From contig NIVC01001645.1 of assembly GCA_002269645.1 (NCBI GenBank), positions 159,245 to 223,244 on the forward strand: DNA of 64,000 nt. Direction: 5' to 3'. The translations under genes were made by a program, and so were the position numbers. This stretch comes from Macrostomum lignano (taxonomy: Eukaryota). Under the pieces are notes generated by a model. That model was not told where the DNA came from. It searched no databases and saw only the letters and a list, made by a program, of their open reading frames with translations. Every line of letters starts with the position of its first letter. The first letter of the stretch is position 1. Below, in pieces: positions 12,153 through 24,064 of the stretch.

Positions 12153-15100
12153 GATCGGTGAAGGCGATAATCCGCTCGATGCCGATGCGCCTGAACAGGA
12201 TGGGGCAGGTGTAAACAACATTAAATGACACCAAACTGTAGGTGACAAATTTGTACGGCAGTTCCACCTGCAGCAGCTGCAGATTGGCGGCTTTTTCCTC
12301 CGGGTCCAGGCCGTACAGGAGACACAGGCATCTGTAGGTCAGCGCCTTCATAGCGCTGCGGGTGGCAATGAGCACAGTGCCGCCCAGGGCCATCCGCATT
12401 GCTGTGCTTCCCAAGAACTCGAGGTCTGGGAACTTCACCGCGTAGGGCGGCGGCGCCGGCGGCCGGTTATAGAATCCCTGCAAGGCCGGGGTGTCAATGA
12501 ACCTGAAGGAATCTTAATGAACCTGAAGGAATCTTAATGAACCTGAAGGAATCTGAATGAACCTGAAGGAATCTGAATGAACCTGAAGGAATCTTAATGA
12601 ACCTGAAGGAATCTGAATGAACCTGAAGGAATCCTAATGAACCTGAAGGAATCTAAATGAACATGAAGAAATCTTAATGAACCTGAAGGAATCTGAATGA
12701 ACCTGAAGGAATCTGAATGAACCTGAAGGTATCTTAATGAACCTGAAGGAATCTTAATGAACCTGAAGGAATCTAATGAACCTGAAGGAATCTTAATGAA
12801 CCTGAAGGAATCTAATGAACCTGAAGGAATCCTAATGAACCTGAAGGAATCCTAATGAACCTGAAGGAATCTTAATGAACCTGAAGGAATCTTAATGAAC
12901 CTGAAAGAATTTAAATGAACCTGAAGAAATCTTAATGAACCTGAAGGAATCTGAATGAGCTGAAGGAATCTGAATGAACCTGAAGGAGTTTTAATGAACC
13001 TGAAGGAACCTAAATGAAGAGGAGCTTCTGAATGAAATTGCAGACCAGCTCACCTGCCGATAGGCCAGCCAGGAGGCCACGGAGACGCCGCACATCACAG
13101 CCACAGTCATGCTAGAGTCGCCCCGAGCCGAATTCCACTGATCCAATTTCGGATAAGAGCAGCAGAGCAGCAGCAACACCAGCGGGATAATCACCGGTGC
13201 CCAGGGATGGGTCAGCTGGAAATTGTCCATCGAGTCGAGCAGCGGCGAAATTCCGGCTAAGAAGGCGACGCCGAACAGCGCGCCACCGGTGACGTCCTGA
13301 GTTGTATAAAAAGAGATTAGTGAAATATTCTATTGTTGTCTACTCTGAGTAGGCGATTGAAGGCGCTGCCGCTTTTTCTTAAGAACCGGTTTGCGTATCG
13401 ATAGTTTAAATATATTCTCAAAAACAGCTAAGCAACCCTTGGTTTTCGCTGGCGCACAGCAGCGCACTTCCCAAATGAAATGGCGCTCTTCCCAAATAAA
13501 ATGGCGCCCTTCCCAAATCAAATGGCGCCCTTCCCAAATGAAATGGCGCCCTTCCCAAATGAAATGGCGCTCTTCCCAAATGAAATGGCGCCCTTCCCAA
13601 ATGAAATGGCGCTCTTCCCAAATGTAATGGCGCTCTTCCCAAATGAAATGGCGCTCATCCCAAATGAAATGGCGCCCTTCCCAAATAAAATGGCGCCCTT
13701 CCCAAATCAAATGGCACCCTTCCCAAATGAAATGGCGCCTTTCTTAAATAAAATGGCGCCTTCCCCAAATGAAATGGCGCCCTTCCCAAATAAAATGGCA
13801 CCCTTCCCAAATGACATGGCGCCCTGAATTCTATAAAAGCGCAAATCAGAACAATCCGTCCGTTATAAATGGGAATGCATCGATCAATTTAATTGCATAA
13901 TTTCGCTACAATTTTATTCAAGTGCATTTTCATCACGCCTACTATACTACTTAAAGCCGTTCAGTAGTTCACTCCGGATGCCTGACACGACACTAAACAA
14001 CATACACCAGAGAAAACATACAGACACAACTACTTATAACTTGTAGTTCCATTGATTATAAGGTAGCTTTTATTATTTATTACATTGCGCTTTTAGTTAA
14101 TTATAAATTTCGCTCATGAAAAAAAACTTATGAAAAACTTTAACTTCTCATACCGAACTGGCCATGTAATTGAAAAAGTACGCGATGAACTTACCAGAAC
14201 GCTGTGCATGCCCAGGTAGATTCTGCTCAGGCAGACCAGGACAGACCACATTGAGCACAGCAGGAACCCCAGCTCTGTTGAGTACTGGGAAAGCAGAATG
14301 GAACAGTGGATAAAAAACTCTTCCATAGAGTGATTAGAGGTGACGCCTAAACCTTCAACTCAGTGACAAATGGCAGAATGTCACTGCATTCATCTCAAAC
14401 CTTCAACTCAGTGACAATGGCAGAATGTCACTGCATTCATCTCAGTGACAAATAGCAGAATGTCACTGCATTCATCTCAGTGACAAATGGCAGAATGTCA
14501 CTGCATTCATCTCAGTGACAAATGGCAGAATGTCACTGCATTCATCTCAGTGACAAATGGCAGAGTGTCACTGCATTCATCTCAGTGACAAATGGCAGAA
14601 TGTCACTGCATTCATCTCAGTGACAAATGGCAGAATGTCACTGCATTCATCTCAGTGACAAATAGCAGTACAATTCTGCATCGCAATGTTCTCAAGCATC
14701 ATAGAGCTGTCAGTTTATAACAAAAAATTGCTAAATTTGCCAAAAATCGACCAAATCATTGATATTACTGCCTAAAATGAAGTTCTAGTTCTCTCAGGCG
14801 AGCAAACACAATGCCCAGAGCTTTATTGGCTCACACGGCAAAAAAAAGTTCGCCTTGAGCAAACACTAGCTGTCAAACAAAAAGGCTGTCAATACAGGGG
14901 AATACCGCTCAGAACCGTAAGCTGCATCTGAAACGAAGGTAGCTAATTAGTATAAAAGGTTGGTACTCAATCAGCTTCCCAAAAAATTGAATACACAGAT
15001 ATGCGACGTTGAGATAATAATTTTGGTAGCTTTTTTATAGGCTAAACGTAGATTAGAACCGTATTTGTCTGTCCAATCAGTGCTTGCTGACAGGAGAATT

Positions 15101-16522
15101 TGCTTAATAAATCACCGCTGGTCATTGATAAGGACCACATGATTACAGGATGAAGCTATCGCTGAATGGTTTAGCGATAATTAAAAACAAATCTATGAGA
15201 CAGGATTTTGCTGCGCCGAAATTATTCCATGGCTGAATATAGATTCTCGTTGCAAGGATTTGGGATTACTATGGAATTAGGCTTTAAGTACCATGGATTC
15301 GAGATTAGACACCTGGGATTCTGAAATAAAATACCTGGATTATGGAGTAAGACCTGGAATTTTCAAGTAAAACACCTGAATTCTGGATTAAAACACCTGG
15401 GATTCTGAACAAAAACACCTGGGATTAGAAACAAAAACACGTGTGATTCTGAAAAAAACACCTGGGATTCTGAACAAAAACACCTGTGAATCTGAACAAA
15501 AACACCTGGGATTCTGAACAAAGACACCTGTGAATCTGAACAAAAACACCTGTGAATCTGAACAAAAACACCTGTGATTCTGAACAAAAACACCTGGGAT
15601 TAGAAACAAAACACCTGGGATTAGAAACAAAAACACCTGGGATTAGAAACAAAAACACCTGGGATTCTGAAAAAAACACTTGGGATTAGAAACAAAAACA
15701 CCTGGGATTAGAAACAAAAACACCTGGGATTCTGAACAAAAACACCTGGTCACCACTGCAGCCACCCATCACCTCATGCATCACCGCTGCAACCTGATCA
15801 AGTGACGATGTTCAACTCACCAAGTAGCGATTCCTGGTGAGCAGGAACAGTGAAAACGGCACAACAATCGCTGTAGTCGCGTGAGTAGACGGAAAGCCGT
15901 ACTCAAGTTCGTATCGCCTCTCCAGTTTAGCCACAGGCGGACTGGCTGGCCTAGGACTCCTAATGAGGTCCTTGAGAGCCTGGCCGAACCACATTGAGAA
16001 GCCCCAGGCGATGACAACCCGACGACAAACGTAGCCATCAACGTTCCAGAACCAGTAGGGGAAAAATGTACAGTTGAATTCCTCATTGCCAAGCATTGCA
16101 CCGAATGTGAACAGATGATAGAGGAATAGATTCTTAATCTTGTAATCAACGTTGTTTCGCATCGAATAGTCCATTAAAGTGTTTTGTACTCGACATTTTA
16201 CACTATCTGTCCAAGATTGCGATTTGACGTCCTCGGCTACAGCGCTGTGAATTTTATTCTTTTGCTGTTGCTGCTTGCCGCCAGCTGTGCTGCTCTGTGC
16301 TCTGCGCCGGACCGCAGCTGCAGTTATCGATGCGTCCTCGGCCCCGGAGTCCGTCAGATCCGTATCGCAGTTATTATTGGAGTCCTCATCTTCTTCCTCC
16401 TCGTCCATAGAGTTCAATCCGCTGTCCTTGTAGCCAATGTCGATGCCGCAGACATCCTGAAAGCTGGCTACCAGCTTTGGATTATTCAACTGCTCCACCA
16501 GGTGCTTGATAGATTCCAGCAT
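12139..16522 (-). CDS. SGPP1: Sphingosine-1-phosphate phosphatase (PAP2 family), complete, about 457 aa. Exons (minus) 16522-15821, 14284-14195, 13296-13054, 12477-12139
   Basis: All introns phase 0, GT-AG. PAP2 motifs KDLIRSPRP, PSTH, SRIYLGMHSVLDV; SGPP-type FPYWFWNVDG and VELPYKFVTY. SGPP1 vs SGPP2 cannot be distinguished. Confidence 0.92.
12496..13012. repeat. Intronic 19-20 bp minisatellite (AATGAACCTGAAGGAATCT[T])
   Basis: About 26 tandem copies filling most of SGPP intron 3. Confidence 0.94.
13468..13826. repeat. Intronic 21-bp minisatellite (GAAATGGCGCCCTTCCCAAAT)
   Basis: About 17 copies in SGPP intron 2; shares the AAATGGCGC core with 6558-8240. Confidence 0.93.
14359..14665. repeat. 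Intronic 35-bp minisatellite with an internal hairpin (CAGTGACA-N10-TGTCACTG)
   Basis: About 9 copies, period 35, no unique spacers. Confidence 0.92.
15305..15748. repeat. Intronic 22-23 bp minisatellite (AAAACACCTGGGATTCTGAACA)
   Basis: About 19 degenerate copies in SGPP intron 1. Confidence 0.9.
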
Positions 16523-16614
16523 CGCTTGTCCTGCAGGCTCGTCAGCTACACGGGAATTCTATATAAGCCAGCGTCTTATATCCTAGTAGCTTTGCTAACA
16601 ACGCCCTTTACGCT

Positions 16615-16640
16615 GACGTCTATTGGATCAGCCAATTGCA
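16615..16640. promoter_or_regulatory. Possible promoter elements (CRE-like TGACGTC plus opposed ATTGG/CCAAT boxes) about 100 bp upstream of the SGPP ATG
   Basis: GCTGACGTCTATTGGATCAGCCAATTG; motif match only. Confidence 0.3.
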
Positions 16641-17668
16641 GGGCGAACGCCCTGCAAAAAATATGCGCCAGCCACTGTTAGCGGGTGATACTCGGGGTAG
16701 GGTTTTTTGAGGCTGTGAAATTTTTTCAATCATAAAAGTGATGGGGGAAGCTGTAGAGCAGGATAGGATGTGTACTTTTATGTGACAAGTCAGACAGTGG
16801 ACTCAGAGGGCCCGGGGGCGACAGAGGTCTGAGAATTCGGGATAAAGGACGACAAGGCGAGGTAAAATTGATTGAGATTTCTAAAAATAGCACGCACAGG
16901 TGCCTCCTGTCTGCTCAAAACCAAAGACACGACGGTAGGTCAAGGTAGGCCCCTCTGTGTGACCGTAATCAGTTCATAATTTTCAGTGCAATCGATGTTA
17001 AGAGAAAATAGGGAGGGAAAGAGATTTGAACCAAATGCTATCCTACTGACGGGCATCTGACAGAAGAGCTGCATGCACGGTAGCAGGACTGAGCGCACGA
17101 ATGCATGGCGTGTTCCTTTCCAGTACGGGCCAACTTTAGTATTCTGATGAGCTGCCCATGGCGTGACAGAGCAGAGGGGGGAGAGCAGAGCAGGACAAAT
17201 GAGCAAAGCAAATGGCAAGCATAGGACTGATACAAATCGATCGAACCAGATTAGAGGCTCACTGCTGTCTCAAAATCGATGAGTTCGACCAACCTACAAG
17301 TCTTAATGAGGCTCAAGTTCGTTGCTCGAGTGTGCATTAACCAGAGAAACACGATCTAATTATTTCTGTTTTCTCTATTTTCCGAATCTAAATAAGGTCG
17401 ATACGGCCCAGTAAATTCAACTGCAGGTCAGCGAATTTGCCGAACGCACCGCTACAAAGTTAAGCAGAGCTGATCGCGGTTAGTACGCAGCTAAATAGAC
17501 TGCTTGCGTCGCCTCTCAACTCAAAGCAGCCGCCGTGAGCGAGATGGGCAAATTAATTTGAGCTCTGCAGTTTAACTCCGGCAGTGATCAAGTAGCATAG
17601 TAAAATATGATAGCAAAATATGATAGTAAAATATGATTGAAATACTTTTTAACTATTGCACTTTGATT

Positions 17669-17958
17669 GGGTTTGTAGCCTAGTGGTTAGAGTGTCGGAC
17701 TCACGACTGAAAGGTCGGGGGTTCGATTCTCAACTCACTCGCAACCATTTGTGTCCTTGAGCACGACACTTAACTCTGCATTGCTTCAGTTTATTGCTTT
17801 AAGAGCCCCCACCCAGTCCTTGGGCTGAACAGCCGTACGCAGCCTTCAGATACGCCGCGCAATAGCTGCGGCTGAGCTATCGGTTGCACATCTGCCCATT
17901 AGGTCAGGTGTAATCAATTATTATTAATTTTTATTACATTAGATTGCAGTTAATCAAG
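17669..17958 (+). mobile_element. tRNA-derived CORE-type SINE; 3' boundary uncertain
   Basis: A-box TAGCCTAGTGGTTAG and B-box GGTTCGATTC, then TGTGTCCTTGAGCACGACACTTAACTCTGCATTGCTTCAGTTT resembling the MIR/CORE block; ATT-rich tail; imperfect direct repeats at 17657-17670 and 17959-17972. Confidence 0.68.
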
Positions 17959-20564
17959 TGCATTTTGATGGGCAAAATTTTTTTTAAAAGCTTCAATAAT
18001 TGATGCTTTCATATATACGGGTATCAATATGTACACTTTTTGAAAGCCTAAAAGATGGCATAATAATTTAACCTATTAGCAATATAAAGCAGTATAAAAA
18101 GTGCAGATATCTCAAGTAGCTAGCCAGATCAATTTGCGAAACATGAGAGATAGCCAAGAATTTTTTGATAGCTTAGAACTTAGGAATCCATTTCATTACC
18201 TTCCCTTTGACGAAATCGATTGATATTGACATCAAAGCAATTTGGTGCACTGCATTACAGTAATGACCCAGCCAATAGCTAATTAGCGAATTCAACAAAA
18301 TCATAGGTATCTCTAATAGGCAGCTGAGTTGCCTTCCCTAATAAAGGGTCTAGGGAAAGCCAACCACAACAGGACATACCCTTCCCTGTAGCTGGGTGTG
18401 AATAATATCATCAAAAAATTCTCATAATAGCCTATTTTCAGTTCCAATATAGTTTACTATATAGCTTTAAATACTGAATTCATTGTTTCAAGTATTAAAA
18501 ACTATATAAATATGAACTAGGGAGGAGAACACTTAGGTAAAAGTCTATTGCTACATGATGTATGTATAAATGAAGATCATAGTAAAAATAAATATCATTA
18601 AAATAAAAATTTAGTGACCTAGTTCCTATGAGTTATATAGCTTTCTTAGCTTATATACCTTAAAATCCTGAATTTGTTGGTCATATATACTTGTATAATT
18701 TTGACAAGTTATGTCTATCTACACGTATCTTTGCAAATAAGCAAGTTATTAGACAATTATATTATATGTCTTACTTAAAAACTGCTTTTAATATAATTTA
18801 TATTATCTCTGTCATAGTTTTATCATATAATATTTACTTGAAATTATATGAGAAACATATCCTAGGCCTAGGGCTAGGGGTAAAAGACCACTAAAGATAT
18901 GTAGAGATTGGCCTGGCCTATATGATCAGAAATTGTTTTCCATTGTTTCTGATAATATACTTTAGTATAAAGGAAAGGGGAATTAGTACTTACTACTACT
19001 AGGTATGAGCAAAATTCCTGAGAATCATATAATATTTGTAAAAAACAACAAACAGCTACAAATTTTTAAGCATAGTTAAAAAATAAAAAAACTACAACAA
19101 AAAATGAAACTAAATATATGGGCTTGATCAAGAGTACAGACATAGCTAATTGACTTTGTAGTTATATATCGATAATATTCTATACAGTACACTAATATTA
19201 TAGACGTACACCTTGAGTTTTTTCAAATGCCACTAATGATAGTAGCAAAGTATTGTAATTTTATTGATTGCTGCATTTAAAAAATCTAATATTGCTGTAC
19301 AATGCAATGCAACATGCGGGTGAGATTTTGGTTTCAGAATGGAAGCAAACAAGCATGTGGCGCATCTTTTCATGGAATATCTTACAAGTAAACGCGATAA
19401 ATAAATTTTACAAGAAGCACTGTAGAGAAACAAAAGTCCACGTACTAATGACTAGAAACAAAAAAGTTTTTTTCGAGTTGAAGACAAGTAAGTTAAATAT
19501 TTCTTGTTTAAGAAAGAGTATGGCTGTATTTTTTATAAAATACTGTGTTGAGTCCAATAGATTCAATTTGCTCAATCCTTCGATACGTCGCCGGGCTGGG
19601 CTGGATCAACTTTGATCAGGCCCCGCGACGTGTAATTCAGAATATTATTGATAATTATTCTGTCGTCGAGGTGTACGTGTACATCGGGTAGATCTGGATC
19701 AATATTTTACTAAATTTCTAAGCTTTTGAATCTATTCGAAGATTTTAGCTTCGTTTACAATGCATCAGAAAGCATGAATGAAACTATTTTTATTGACTTT
19801 GTTCTAGACATTCTAGACATTATTAGTGGCAGTCGCAATGTGGGCAAATTCTTTATCTTTTAATTTTTATCTTATCACTTCTTGGACCAGATTTCTCTAG
19901 CCTCAAAGCTTTCAATAGCGCGATTTTTTAGGCTCAGTCAAGACTTCTTATGCCATGGGCTTAAGTATTTGGCTTGTATTTTCATCATTTTTTTAATATT
20001 AATATCATAGATTTATGAATCATAGGACATAGCTTCTTTTTAATTGGCAGTAACAGTCAGAAAATGCCCTAAATACCATATCCTTTAGTTTGCTATAGCA
20101 AATAAGCAGCTTTAGCAAAGCATATATCTCTATTTAACTAAATCTTATTATTCTAAATCTTATTTGTCTTATCTTATTATCTTAATTAAAACTGCCTAGC
20201 AATATTTTTGGTCGATGGGCCATATTTTATCTAATCTTATAGGAGCATGGAATTCAAGACTAATCCTAACAGATCATTTTTAAAAAAAAACAATTTTTTG
20301 CCTTGTTATGCTATGGAATTTTATCACTAACAACTTCATTTTTTAACTTAAAAATATTTTTAGTATAATGAACTTAAGTTATTTATTACCTTTTACTTTA
20401 CTTTTAAACTACAAATACAAATAGATTTATAGTTTAATTTTTTAATTAAACAATACACACATACAGGATAATATAACTATATTCTCAAATAGTTAAAAAA
20501 TATACTTGTGTAGCCTTAATTAATTGGTAATTTATCAATAATTTTCAGTAAATCAACAGAGGAC

Positions 20565-21681
<1,117 letters not shown>

Positions 21682-22461
21682 TTTATAAGAACTCGGCTTG
21701 ATTGATGCCCATGACAACTAATTCCAATAGTTTACAATGATTAAAAATATTAATCAATGCAGTTCCATAGTTTCAAAACCGTGCTAAATATTTGTTATTA
21801 TCCTGCAATCCCACTCGCTTTTAATTCTTTGCGAGACAATTTATTCTATTCCAGTTTTGCAAGTTAGATTTGGCTGAAAGTTTTAGACGTTATTTATTGT
21901 CCCTCAATGTTTTTATATAAAGCCTATTTTCGATTGGCAAAGTTGATTATTGGAATTTTGAAACCGAGAAGATATATTTTTTGGCTTATTGCAATTTTTA
22001 CGTTTTAGCTAAGCCTTTGTGATGCATTCATGGACTACTAAAGTAGGACGGGAGGCAGTTTTTACCGAAAAATATATTACGGAGTAAGAAATTTCTCATT
22101 ATTTATTTTTTCTTAGCTGATTGCAACAAAATGTGTAACTGAATGATAAAAAAGATTCATAAAAATTATGAGTATAGCTGGGCCACCTTTATTGGTTAGA
22201 AATTACATTGAAAATACAATTCACATTAGAATCCTAATTTTCTAAACGAAAAGCTCTATGAATATCAATAGAGCTATGAGAAAGGCAATGCATATCAAAA
22301 GATAAACATTGGGTCTGCCTCCTATCAAAAGCAATAACAATTTTTGTGCTGAAAAATGAATTTCTTCATTCTTCATAATGTATTTTTCGGTAAAAGCTAC
22401 CTCCTAAATAATTCTAAGAAAAGTAGTTTACCGCACTACTTGAGTAGTCATTGGAAGCAAC

Positions 22462-23410
22462 CACTGATGCAATCATGAGCTGTTGCTACTGCATAATCAA
22501 ATCACTGATGCAATCATGAGCTGTTGCTACTGCATAATCAAATCACTGATGCAATCATGAGCTGTTGCTACTGCATAATCAAATCACTGATGCAATCATG
22601 AGCTGTTGCTACTGCAGAATAAAATCACTGATGCAATCATGAGCTGTTGCTACTGCAGAATAAAATCACTGATGCAATCATGGGCTGTTGCTACTGCAGA
22701 ATAAAATCACTGATGCAATCATGAGCTGTCGCTACTGCAGAATAAAATCACTGATGCAATCATGAGCTGTTGCTACTGCAGAATAAAATCACTGATGCAA
22801 TCATGAGCTATTGCTACTGTAGAATAAAATCAATGATGCAATCATGAGCTGTTGCTACTGTAGAATAAAATCACTGATGCAACCATGAGCTGTTGCTACT
22901 GCAGAATCAAACCATTGATGCAATCATGAGCTGTTGCTACTGCAGAATAAAATCACTGATGCAATCATGAGCTGTTGCTACTGTAGAATAAAATCACTGA
23001 TGCAACCATGAGCTGTTGCTACTGTAGAATAAAAACACCGATGCAATCATGAGCTGTTGCTACTGCAGAATAAAATCACTGATGCAATCATGAGCTGTTG
23101 CTACTGCAGAATAAAATCACTGATGCAATCATGAGCTGTTGCTACTGTAGAATAAAATCACTGATGCAACCATGAGCTGTTGCTACTGTAGAATAAAAAC
23201 ACCGATGCAATCATGAGCTGTTGCTACTGCAGAATAAAATCACTGATGCAACCATGAGTTGTTGCTACTGCAGAATAAAATCACTGATGCAACCATGAGT
23301 TGTTGCTACTGCAGAATAAAATCACTGATGCAATCATGAGCTGTTGATACTGCAGAATAAAATCACTGATGCAATCATGAGCTGTTGCTACTGCAGAATA
23401 AAATCAATGA
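22462..23410. repeat. 41-bp minisatellite (AAATCACTGATGCAATCATGAGCTGTTGCTACTGCAGAATA), about 23 copies, between genes or in a UTR intron
   Basis: Direct tandem copies with period 41. Confidence 0.95.
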
Positions 23411-24064
23411 TAATATCATACTTTTACGTTAATTTCTAAGCACTGTACATGCGCATCACTCTACTTTTTAGTAGCAAGAATGGCGAATGCTGATAAAATT
23501 GAAACGGGCAAAGTGATCGATAATAAAAATAATAATTGAGAAGCCTTTCCATACTCTTGTCGGAGAGAATTGATTTCAACAAAATTCAATTGAAATTGAG
23601 TAGCAACCAGCGCTGTGTGCATGCAATAAATCTATAATGTTATGGAGGCGATTGATGAGCCCGCTCATTCTCATTACCCTTGAGAGCTTAGAAGCCCTTC
23701 CTCCGCGCCTCACCTCCACTAGCTACCGGTATAAGTGCATTTCTACAGTTCTGATTCTGCTGCAAGCTCATTATAGACTGGGTTTTCTCTCATTTTTAGC
23801 AAGCAATATGCGGCACACACTTTCCTTCCACTCTCTCTGTCACTCCCGCCTTCACTGAGTACTGGAGGCCCAGCGTCTGTAAGCTATTCATACATATCTC
23901 ATTGTCGCACATCTGCAGGCGCTGTTAGCAACAAAATAGAGTAGCTTTTAAGCCAGGCCCTTTCAAAAAGGGCTATGTAGCCCTGTTCGTGTCTAAAATA
24001 TAAGCTTATAGTTTAAAAGCAAATAAATTTCTGTGGCTATACATAGCGTGCTTAGCGCGCTCCT

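Noticed and set aside
14359-14665. CRISPR-like palindromic 35-bp repeats
   Set aside because: Units are contiguous with no unique spacers, no cas genes, and a eukaryotic intron context
17669-17740. Functional tRNA gene (CAC anticodon-like loop)
   Set aside because: Acceptor and anticodon stems are broken, no T-run terminator, and it continues into a CORE-like SINE body
22462-23410. CRISPR-like 41-bp periodic array
   Set aside because: Head-to-tail tandem repeat without spacers
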